Origin: Octopus bimaculoides
Lineage: Eukaryota
DNA: 34,048 bases
Assembly (NCBI RefSeq): GCF_001194135.2
Contig: NC_068986.1
Location: forward strand, 10,492,606-10,526,653
Direction: 5' to 3'
A model generated the notes under the pieces. It saw only the letters and a program-made list of their open reading frames with translations, was not told the origin of the DNA and searched no databases. The translations under genes and the position numbers were made by a program. Of this stretch, positions 11,088 through 20,769 are shown piece by piece (position 1 is the stretch's first letter; every line of letters starts with the position of its first letter).

Positions 11088-11340
11088 ATTCAGTTTTATT
11101 TTATTATTATTAATAGAGAAAGAGCTGGTTTCTAACCTAGATCCAAGGCTCTTTCATTGGAATTTCAACAACATCAACAGGGTATGTATATGTGCGGATT
11201 TGGATGCTTCGTTTATGTATGTATTCTCATGAATATAGTTACATATCTGGACATGCTCATATATATTTCAATGATAAACTTCTGGAAAGTTTTACAGATT
11301 TTGTACAATTCCAGTGATGGCTTGGATCTGTAGTCTTCGA
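11088..11340. repeat. Unclassified dispersed repeat family D (other copies 21862-21968 and 25143-25373)
   Basis: Shared GGTTTCTAACC(T/C)AGATCCAAG...GGAATTTCAAC...CAACAGGG and a downstream GTATTCTCATG...CATGCTCATATATATTT block; all copies in the same orientation and next to microsatellites. Confidence 0.8.
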
Positions 11341-11594
11341 TATGTATGTATGTATTATGTTTGGTTGAATATATGTACGCCTGCATATATGTATGTGTAT
11401 GAATGAATTAGTAAATGTATGTATATACATTTTAGATATGCAAAGTAGGTTGCATCTCCCAGACAAATAATAAAAATATTTTTTACTAAATTACGTAAAC
11501 CCTCCTCAGTTATAGCATTTCAAAAATACGGAGCATGATTGATCGCTAGCCACTAAACCTTTTCTATTTTCTCTCCCTGTTTATTTCTGTGTTC

Positions 11595-11630
11595 CTTTCT
11601 GTCGAAGAGCGTAGGCTCGAAACGTAAAAG
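11595..11630 (+). ncRNA. Minimal type-I hammerhead-like motif H1 (core CUGUCGA, A6 replaced by U)
   Basis: CTTT-CTGTCGA-A-GAGC-GTAG-GCTC-GAAA-CG-TA-AAAG: helix I 4 bp, helix II 4 bp, palindromic ACGT helix III. Confidence 0.65.
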
Positions 11631-11753
11631 ACTTTCTCACTTCCCGAGCGTTAAACTAATACATCAGTCTTTTTTTTTTTTGTAAATTCCATCTCTNNNN
11701 NNNNNNNNNNNNNNNNNNNNNNNNNNNNNNNNNNNNNNNNNNNNNNNNNNNNN

Positions 11754-11810
<57 letters not shown>

Positions 11811-11948
11811 GGTATTCCGTCATCAGTATGAGTATGTATGAAAGTTCTGGACAGGGAATTCATGGATTATAAAGGAATAAAATAGTAGATAGAAGAGTAA
11901 AGTGTAAAACAATAGATAGAAGAATACAGACGGGAGACATACTCACCT

Positions 11949-12019
11949 TGTCTCTGATTACGGAATGTATGGAGATGCTAACACATCACTTAGGATATCC
12001 CAGAAACAGCTGTAAGACA
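11949..12019 (+). ncRNA. Hammerhead-like motif H2 (core CUGAUUA)
   Basis: TGTCT-CTGATTA-[42 nt containing GATG/CATC hairpin]-GAAA-CAGCTG-TA-AGACA; base of helix II irregular. Confidence 0.55.
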
Positions 12020-12174
12020 TACAATAATTGATTAGTTAATTACCTCAAATTCACCTCACTCTAATTAGATATTCTAAATGACTTGAGATACTCGTCTTGC
12101 CTTTGTTTTGTTGTCCTTTTGCCTCTAATATATATATATATGTGTATATATATATATATATATTTATATATATA

Positions 12175-12305
12175 CAGGATGATTCAAAAGTCGCCATACA
12201 TAAGAACAATTTATGTTTTTATAAGAAACAGTTTTTTTTTTTTTTAACTGTTTCTTATTTTAAAAATACATTTTTCCTATGTATGGTGACTTTTGAATCA
12301 CCCTG
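12175..12305 (+). mobile_element. Tc1/mariner-type MITE, 131 bp
   Basis: 28-bp TIRs CAGG(A/G)TGATTCAAAAGTC(G/A)CCATACATA with 2 mismatches, TA on both sides. Confidence 0.9.
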
Positions 12306-12471
12306 TATATATATACACATATAATATATATATGCATACACATTTTATATGTATGTATGTATGTACACCGATTTCTAATGTTTAAAACATGTCTTTTGTA
12401 ACAAATAATGTGTGGGCAGTGCTTGAAAACATGTGTGCACGCGCACACATACACACGCACACACACACATA

Positions 12472-13000
12472 TTATAAACAACAGAAAGATAAAATTCTTC
12501 GTGAAATTTATCACGAAAAAGTGGAGGAATATTTACACTTTCATCATCAGATGCTACCGGTTTCATTTAAGGGATATAATCAGGCAATAAGAAAGCAATG
12601 TGAATTGAATGAAATGAAATTAATCTTTCATGATAGTAGTTTGGAATATTCACATGTCTTTCTTACAAATATTACATGGTAGTTGTTATTGGTCTTCCTC
12701 TGGTGGCTGCTGTATCATAAAACCAGCAGCAATATTAGTCTGCTAACTATTATGACCCGGCAGCCATTAGAGGGTTTCTAGAAATCACCACATAAATTAT
12801 GTAAGAAAAACATTTGAATGTTCAAAACTGCTGTCATAAAAGATTGATTTCATTTCATTCCTTTTTTTCCCCTTCTTTTTGCATCATTATAAAGTCTTTA
12901 CAGTTGAAACCGGTAGCATTTGTTTTTTGGTTTTTTGATAAAATGGTAAATATTTTCGCCTTTTTTGTTAAAATTCTCTTCTTTTGTTTTTTTTTTTATA
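12472..13000. repeat. ~530-bp diverged palindrome with 29-nt centre; each arm carries a hammerhead-like motif (H3 12552-12586 minus, H4 12880-12918 plus)
   Basis: Reverse complement of 12607-12652 matches 12815-12860 at 40/46; ATGCTACCGGTTTCA (12551-12565) vs TGAAACCGGTAGCAT (12905-12919); homology continues inward to 12720/12750. Confidence 0.85.
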
Positions 13001-13182
13001 TATATATATATATATACTTTCTCGCATGAAACTTCTTGACTTCCTACACGTGAGTGCGCTCGCATACACAAACACACACACATTCACACACAATGGCCAT
13101 TTTTTCACTCTCCTGCTTTTAAAAACCATGTTCTCTATCTCTCTACAACTTCCGGTCAGTTATTTTTCGGCCATGTAGCAAC

Positions 13183-13675
13183 AAGCTGGCAGAACCGTTA
13201 GCACGCTGGGCAAAGTGCTTAGTGGTATTTCATCTGCCTCTATGTTCTGTGTTCAAATTCCGCCGTGGTCGACTTTACCTTTCATCCTTTCGAGGTTGAT
13301 TAAATAAATACCGGTTGCATACTGGGGTCAATCTAATCGACTGCCCCCCCCCACCTCCCCCAAAATTTCGGGCCTTGTGCCTAGAGTAGAAAAGAATATT
13401 TTGCAATATTTCAGGCGGCGAGCAGGCAGAATCATTAGCACACCGGGCAAAGTGCTTAGCGGTATTTTGTTTGCCATTACATTCTGAGTTCAAATTCTGC
13501 TGAGGTCAACTTTACTTTTCATCCTTTCAGAGTCGACTTTACCTTTCATTCTTTCGTGGTCGATTAAATAAGTACCAGTTACACACTGAGGTCAATGTAA
13601 TTGACTTAATCCATTTGTCTGTCCTTGTTTGTCCCCTATGTGCTTAGCTCCCTTGAGGACAATAAAGAAATAACT
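13183..13675 (+). mobile_element. Two adjacent SINE family A copies (about 13183-13392 and 13413-13675)
   Basis: Two heads ...GGCAGAA(C/T)C(G/A)TTAGCAC with B-box-like GTTCAAATTC; second has an internal duplication and the full tail. Confidence 0.9.
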
Positions 13676-13679
13676 ATTT

Positions 13680-14657
13680 CGAGTGGCACAGGTGCTTCAA
13701 AATCAGAAGAACATCCCTGGAAGACCTGCCACAAACATCACAGCTGGAAATGTGGAGAAAATCCATCAATTTGTGAATGAGGATTGTTGGAGGACAATCA
13801 ACGATATTGCTGATGTTGTTGGTCTGTTGTATGAGTTCTTGCAGGCAATCCGAATGTCTGAATTGAACATGTCACTGCCAAGTTTGTTCCCCGTTTCCTG
13901 ACCGCTGAGCAGAAAGAACATCGCGTCAAAGTCTGTCGTGATCTACATCAGCGTGCCACTGGTGACCCATCCTTCATGTCGTGAATCATTACCGGTGATG
14001 AGAATTGGATCTATGGGTACAACCCTGGGACGAAGCAGCAGTCGTCACAATGGAAGAGGGCTTTATCTCCATAACCAAAGAAGGCATGACAGAGCCTCAA
14101 CTCACTCAAGAGCATGCTCATCGTTTTTGGTTTTTTTTGTGTGTGTCTTTTTCGACCTCCGCGGTATTGTGCATCGAGAATTCGTCCCCAGGGTCAGACC
14201 ATCAATCGAGAGTTCCATTTCGACGATTTGAAGCGTTTGAGGGAGGAACATGCAGCAAAAGCAACCAGGTCTGTGGAGCGCAAAGAATTGGATTCTTTAT
14301 GACAACAATGCACCCTGTCACCGAGCTTTCCTCACTCAGGAGTTTCTTGCCCAAAGCAGTATGTATCCGCATTATTTGCCAGATTTAGCACCTGCGAACT
14401 TTTATCTCTTCCCCAAGATGGAAATGCAGCTCAAAGGTCGCCGTTTTTACACCGTTGTCGAGATCCAGAGTGAATCGCAAAAGGTCCTCGACTCGCTTAC
14501 AGAAAGACAACTTCCAGGCCGGATTCTGAAAGTGGCAGAAATGCTGGGACCAGTGTATTGCTGCGCAAGGGGACTATTTCAAAGGAGATGATGTTAGGTA
14601 AATAAGTTATTTTTTTATTGAACATAACTAGTCACAGAACTTTTTGATACCACTTCA
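13680..14657 (+). mobile_element. Mariner transposon remnant, left end missing
   Basis: Frameshifted transposase: IITGDENWIYGYNP, GIVHREFVP, WILYDNNAPCH, PHYLPDLAPANFYLFPKM (YSPDLAP-like); right end GAACTTTTTGATACCACTTCA followed by TA. Confidence 0.9.
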
Positions 14658-14715
14658 TATGTATGTATATACACACACACACATGCATGCATACATATAT
14701 GTATGTACGCATTCG

Positions 14716-15110
14716 TGTTGGCTGTGTGGTAAGTAGCTTGTTTACCAACCACATGGTTCCGGGTTCAGTCCCACTGCGTGGCACCTTGGGTAAGTGTCTT
14801 CTACTATAGCCTCAAGCCGACCAAAGCCTTGTGAGTGGATTTGATAGACAGAAACTGAAAGAAGCCCATCGTGTATATATATGTGTGTGCATATGTTTGT
14901 GTGTGTGTGTGTGTCTGTTCCCCTACCATCGCTTGACAACTAATGCTGGTATGTTTACGTCCTCGCAACATAGCGGTTCGGCAAAAAGAGACCAATAGAA
15001 TAAGTACTAGGCTTCCAGACAATAAGTCCTGGGGTCGATTTGTTCGACTAAAGGCTCTGCCCTAGCATGGCCACAGTCAAATGACTGAAACAAGTAAAAG
15101 AATAAAAGAA
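14716..15110 (+). mobile_element. SINE family B, near full length
   Basis: TGGCTGTGTGGTAAGTAGCTTG head, GGTTCAGTCCC B-box-like, internal microsatellite, tail GACTGAAACAAGTAAAAGA. Confidence 0.9.
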
Positions 15111-15306
15111 TATATACTTATTTACGTGTGTGTGCGTCTGTGTACATGATGAATGCATGTGTGTATGTGTGTGCATGCATGAATGTATGTATGAGTGTGA
15201 AGGGGTAGAAAGAGAGACAAGTGAAAGAGATACAGGTTGCAATCCAGTTGCTGCAAATTTAAATGTAATATGTCCGTGCTATTTCCGATTTTCCTTGTCA
15301 TTGCAG

Positions 15307-15398
15307 AATGTAATTATAAACGCCATGACGACAATGGGGAAGATGCTGACAGTCATCTTATTAACAAAGATGATAATTCGAGAATGAATCCAGACTAG
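15307..15398 (+). CDS. Candidate terminal coding exon, product unknown: (x)CNYKRHDDNGEDADSHLINKDDNSRMNPD*
   Basis: Acceptor TTTTCCTTGTCATTGCAG, open non-repetitive frame to TAG at 15396-15398, AT-rich downstream with AATAAA at 15659-15664; no homologue recognised. Confidence 0.4.
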
Positions 15399-15849
15399 TA
15401 ATTTCAGTATAATTGTGGATATTATCTCTTTTGTATTCTTTAAGAAGATTAGAAAGATCTCGGAACAAGCATCCAAGGGAACGATCACTTAACCAAGAGA
15501 CATTTAACATTCACTGACCAAAGAAACAAGAACATATCAAAGTGTCTGCTTTAGAACTTGGCTTTGGAGCATTTGTGATTTTTCGGAATTTTACTAATTT
15601 GAAAAAGGAAAGCTCTATAAGTGGAATTTACAAAAACAAGGAAAAAATCCGAAAGGTAAATAAATCATAACATGGGAAATGTAAATGGCCAAGGTAAGGA
15701 AATATTTTTATATTTCTGTATAATTGTTGTTTTTGTAAATGTGTGATGTCATTGAAGTGTAAACCTTTTGTGTTTTTTTATTAACGAGAGAAGGGGGCGT
15801 AGTTGATTATTCCTCAGATAAAGGGCTTGTGAGAATTGAAAAATGGGAA

Positions 15850-16100
15850 CAGCGTCTTTTTTATTTTTTATCTTTTTCTTGTTTGAGTCAGTGGACTGCA
15901 ACCATGCTGGAGCATCACCTTGAAGAATGTTTATCAAAACAAATCAACCCCATTACATTCTTATCTTTCTTTCTCTTTTTCCTTTTTTTTTTTTTTTTTT
16001 TCACAAATCTGGTACTTTTCCTATAAAACTCTCTCGCCAAACTACAGAAGTTACGGGAATGTAAAAAAACCCAACACCAATTGTCAAACGATAATGGAGG

Positions 16101-16143
<43 letters not shown>

Positions 16144-16285
16144 TATGTCGAGTTTCTACAGTTTCCCTCTACCACACGGCTTTGGTCAGCACAAGGCTAT
16201 AGTAGAAGGCACTTAGCTAAGTTGCCATGCTGTGGAACTGAACCTGGAACCACTTGGTTCCAATCCACCCTTTTTACCACGCAGA
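15850..16285 (-). mobile_element. SINE family B
   Basis: Reverse complement of the B consensus with internal (CA)n. Confidence 0.85.
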
Positions 16286-16744
16286 CATGCCTGCACCTAT
16301 CATTAAATTAATTATATATTTTAATGATGTAATTATATAAATAATGATGTTTTATGCTATTGAAACAGCTGTTGAGCACAATTAAATTATAAACTATACG
16401 CTTTCTGTTTTTTATTCTAAATATCGTTAGAATTATGGAGAAAATTGCTAAGGCTCCGGACACTAAATAATGCTTTACAAATAGTTCAACTTCATTTGCA
16501 ATTAGGGTCTATATTTTACCTGAAGTGTTTCTTTTTTTTTTTTCTGTACTTCAACAAAATTCAGGGATGTGGTAGTGGTAATGGTGGAGTATCTAAAAAA
16601 GATAGGTTTAAAGTGAATACCAGCCTCTACATCTTGAGTTAACACTGCAAGCATTTTGGTGTTCAGTTTGGAGTGTAATATTTAGTTCTCTGGAATTCTA
16701 CAGACCGAGATGTTGCAAAATGGCTTTCATCTTTTCTTTTATCT

Positions 16745-17311
16745 TTTCTCTTTGACTTGTTTCCATCATTGGGTAGCTGCCATACTGGAGCACTGCTCTG
16801 AAGGACTTAGCCGAACTTAATCAAACCCAGTACTTCATTTTTTTAAGTCTGGTACTTATTCAATCGATCTCAGAAGCCGAAGTTACGGGGACATAAACAA
16901 ACCAACACCGGCTGTCAAGCAATTATGATGGACAAACACAAAGATACATGCATATATACACATAGACATATGTGTGTATTATTTTCATATTATGCAGTTA
17001 TATACGCAACTATTGATTATTCTCCAAGCGCCATTGAAATGACACGAATCTAATTAAACTCATCAGAATTACATATAAAAGTAATTTGCTGAAAAAAAAA
17101 CTTGAACAATCTAGAATTTATACATATAGGTATGTAGGCGTGGGTGCAACTGTGTGGTAAGAAACTTGCTTCCCAACCACATGGTTCTGGGTTCAGTCTT
17201 ACTGCATGGCAACTTGGGCAAGTGTCTTCTACTATATCCTTGAGCCAACCAAAACCTTGTGAGTGGATTTGGTAGATGGAAACTGAAAGAATATACATGT
17301 GTGTGTGTATC

Positions 17312-17356
<45 letters not shown>

Positions 17357-17815
17357 ATAAGTTAGAGNNNNNNNNNNACACACACACACACACAGGTATA
17401 AGTTAGAGGTGTTTAAAGCCTCTAAGGGATAGATATATCCAAAGGCACCCCTGGTAATTACCTCAATAGGTATAATCCTTGGTAAAGGTATATGGCAGCA
17501 GGTAATTTAGCAGGTAAACCATAGTTTAATTTATATAGATGATAAAGAAATGGAGGGAAAATAACAATAAGAAGTGTGTCTTTTGCCCTAGGAAGCCATT
17601 ATTTAATTAGCTAAAAAGGGTGAGACTGAAAATGAGTTTACAATCGTTTCTGTGTACCATGGTGAGGAAAATATATATATACGTTGGACTCCTCATTCAC
17701 ATAATCACCAAAGCTGGAGCTTAACTATAGTCTGTCCATAGCACTTACTCAGCATTACCTGACACCTTTGGGTCTTATTGACACCATTACCCCTCATAAT
17801 CTCTATGTATATATG

Positions 17816-17859
<44 letters not shown>

Positions 17860-18075
17860 AAGATTTATGTAAGTGTGTATTTGTGTCTGTGTTTGTCCCC
17901 ACAACATTGCTTGACGACCGATGATGGCATTTTTACATCCCCGTGACCTAGTGGTTTGGCAAAATAATGTACTAGGCTTACAAAGAATAAGTCCTGGTGG
18001 TCAATTTGTTCGACTAAAGGCGGTGCTCCAGCATGGCCGCAGTCAAACGACTGAAATAAGTAAAAGAAATAAAAG
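16745..18075. mobile_element. Three SINE family B fragments (about 16745-16945 minus, 17137-17292 plus, 17868-18075 plus)
   Basis: Blocks match the B head, middle or tail. Confidence 0.75.
17634..17713 (-). ncRNA. Degenerate hammerhead-like motif H8 (core GUGAUUA, extended helix II)
   Basis: Minus: GTGATTA-TGTG-AA-TGAGGA-[loop]-TCCTCA-CCATGGTA-CACA-GAAA-CGATTG-TA; helix I poor. Confidence 0.45.
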
Positions 18076-18239
18076 AAAGATAAAATAAATACTGTGTTGA
18101 ATGTTAGTCACAGGATCACATTTAAATATTACGAGCAAAACAAAATCATTGGTGAGAACTAACTGGTCACAGAAGGATAAGGATAAGGAATTAAAAAAAT
18201 GAACAGGAAGATCTTTTCTTTTTGTTTGTTTTTTTATTG

Positions 18240-18450
18240 GCTAGGTATCAGTTTCTGAATCGGCAAAAGGATCTTATAGCTGTGTTCCTTGTAAACGTTT
18301 TCTAGTTCTTAAAGCATACCAATTCCATCCGCTATTCAGCTATGCTTCTATTATTTTATCAGTATAAAAGTCTGTTGACCACCAGATCATAACAAGCCAG
18401 ATTTTCGTCTATCTAGGGGTTCCAGTGTCAGCTATCTCATTATCCAGTGA
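18240..18450 (-). mobile_element. Possible degenerate CR1/L2-type LINE C-terminal fragment
   Basis: Minus strand LEPLDRRK and a frameshifted G-HSYKI-like stretch resemble the LETLEERR...RGH-xKL tail of CR1 ORF2. Confidence 0.3.
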
Positions 18451-18525
18451 TCACACAAAGAGAAAGAGAAAGAAACACGTGACACACAGATGTTTTCAGT
18501 GGATTATATTCCACATCTTACTATG

Positions 18526-18586
<61 letters not shown>

Positions 18587-18597
18587 TTGAATTTTGT

Positions 18598-18733
18598 AAA
18601 TCTCTGAAGAGGCCTAGTGAATCATGCATGTACCCCAATTACATCATTTTCATCTACTAATTGCTCCAGCATACTGGAGCTATATAGATAGAATTGAGCA
18701 TGCCAATGCTAGGCCGAAACAGCTGTAAGATTT
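18598..18733 (+). ncRNA. Type-I hammerhead ribozyme H5 with canonical core and elongated helix II
   Basis: AAATCT-CTGAAGA-GGCCTAG-[91 nt]-CTAGGCC-GAAA-C-AGCT-G-TA-AGATTT; all conserved core bases present, predicted cleavage after A18727. Confidence 0.85.
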
Positions 18734-19024
18734 TGTCCCTTCTCCAATTGCTAGATGTCCTTTAAATTTGAAATCTTAATTGTTGAGATGACATGGTATG
18801 TCATAAGTGTCTGTATATTGTCTTTATTTTCATTTTGGTTATAAAATAAACAGATTAATCAACAGAATACAGTGTCTGCAAGTTGATGAGTACCTCATAT
18901 TCCCCTCCATTTTCTTATTGCTATATATATATATATATAATAGAAATATGTTACAAAAACAAAATAGAAACTACACGTGGAAATGTAAGGGGAAAGTAAG
19001 AAGAAAAATAAGCAAAAATGCAAT

Positions 19025-20600
19025 TCCAAATGTGGAAATGCGATGAAAACCCGAGCTGCTTCAGTGATTGCGAACCTTGTAATGGATTACCTAGAGCTTA
19101 AAATATATCAATCATCACTACAAAAATATGGCACCTCTTTTCATTGCTATTTAAAGGAGAACTGGAAGAGGTATTTGGATGATTGCTTTATACTTTAGAA
19201 AGACAGCATGGACAAACTCCTCAATTTCAAAATAATGCTTAACAATATTAATAGCAACATACAATTCACCATGGAGCACAGTAGTAAACAACTCCCTTTT
19301 CTTGACATCCTAATTAAAATAGTCAATTACCACATCGAAACAGACATCTTCTATAAACCTACAGATTCAAAACAATTCCTATTATTCAACTCATGCACCC
19401 CAAACACATAGAAATTAATATACCTTATAATCTAGCGAAAAGAATCTGTACCATAGTTTTGGACTCCTATACTCTTGAACGAAGACTCCTTGAACTCAGA
19501 TCAATACTAATCAAAAGACATTACCCAATATCATTAATAAATTATGGCATTAAACGAGCTAAGGAAATAAATATACGAACATTAAGGGAAGTCAACCGAA
19601 ATACTAAACCAGACTTAAAAATACTCCCATACATCTCCACACATAACCCTAGAAACAACGAAGCCTTTAACATTATCATCCAAAATCTACCCATCCTCAC
19701 AGAAGATAAAATAATGAACAAAATTTTAGGCTCACACAAAATTATCAAAAGCAAAATGCAACCTAAATCATTGAAAAAAATATTAACCAGCGCTAGGCTA
19801 TATCCATTAACAACAGAACCAAAAGTGAAAAAATGTGGTCGACCTAACTGTGGTCCTTGCCCCCACCTTTTGGAGGGTTCAGAGTTCCACTCTAAACAAG
19901 GTGAAATATTTAAGATCAAATCAAATTTCACCTGTGCTTCGGAAAATCTAATCTATGCCATTACATGCTTAGGGTGTGGTAATAATTATATTGGCCAAAT
20001 AGGAATATCACTCTGTAGAAGAACAAATCCGCCACCCACATTACAGACAGATACAGGTCAGTGGACACATACAAAGGTTTGCTAGGAATCTTAATCCTAA
20101 TTTCCTAATTTTCCCCTTCTATCAATGTTCACAGAACACCTCAGTACAACAAAGAATGAATAAAGAGGCAACTTTCATCAATAAATATCTTCCACAACTA
20201 AATATGAGCACATAACATAATACAGAACACTACTAACCCTTCAATTATTACCACTAACCCCCATACATCCCATACACCATTCACATTACAGATCTATATC
20301 TACCTTAATTGCACCAAATCCAGAACTACTTGCCTCCCTTACACATAATCTTTTTACTCAAGGACTAAGTAGACCTGACACCGTTCAGTAATCGGTATGC
20401 ATTCAAAGCAATGATTAATAACATTACGAAACCGGTATGCTTTTGAATCTCTTTAACAATTCAAAATAATGACTTTTATTACTTTTATTCCTACCTCAGT
20501 TCATCTGATTGTATATATCTATTGTTACTTTTCATAAAAAGTCTTTACTTTTTTTGATTTCCAATGTGCATTTTCACTTATTTTCCTTCTTACTTTCCCC
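19025..20600 (+). mobile_element. Penelope-like element, 5'-truncated: RT, GIY-YIG endonuclease and 3' UTR
   Basis: GNAMKTRAA (G-T-A-M-G-T-like), WKRYLDDC (19172-19183), QLPFLDI, YKPTD, Cys-rich linker CGRPNCGPC, NLIYAITCLGCGNNYIGQ; one TAG and two frameshifts; ORF ends 20215. Confidence 0.92.
20401..20448 (+). ncRNA. Hammerhead-like motif H6 in the PLE 3' UTR (core AUGAUUA)
   Basis: ATTCAAAGCA-ATGATTA-ATAACATTAC-GAAA-CCGG-TA-TGCTTTTGAAT: 10-bp helix I with one bulge, palindromic ACCGGT helix III, weak helix II. Confidence 0.65.
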
Positions 20601-20716
20601 CTATATATATATATATATATATACTGTTGTGTCTGGGGAGAGTCATTTTCTTTTTGTGCCTTATAATTTAACACACTCACCGGTAAAATTTCCACTTACT
20701 CCTTATTTTTATTTTT

Positions 20717-20753
20717 CTAAAATTTTCGTTGCGTCTTGCAACCTTTTCTATAG
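20717..20753 (-). ncRNA. Hammerhead-like motif H7 (core UAGAAAA)
   Basis: Minus: CTA-TAGAAAA-G-GTTGC-AAGAC-GCAAC-GAAA-AT-TT-TAG: 3-bp helix I, perfect 5-bp helix II, AATT palindromic helix III. Confidence 0.45.
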
Positions 20754-20769
20754 TCTTGACTTTTTGTTT

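Noticed and set aside
15279-15488. Hydrophobic minus-strand ORF that looks transmembrane
   Set aside because: Expected antisense reading of GAT/GAC/AAC/AAA-rich sequence; no splice support
16344-16380. ATGATGT...GAAACAGCTGTT resembling a hammerhead half
   Set aside because: No helix I or helix II pairing
17341-17407. Direct duplication of ACAGGTATAAGTTAGAG around a 10-N gap
   Set aside because: Typical unmerged contig overlap
19196-19198. In-frame stop in the PLE RT as possible selenocysteine recoding
   Set aside because: It is TAG at a likely Trp position, not TGA, and the ORF also has frameshifts
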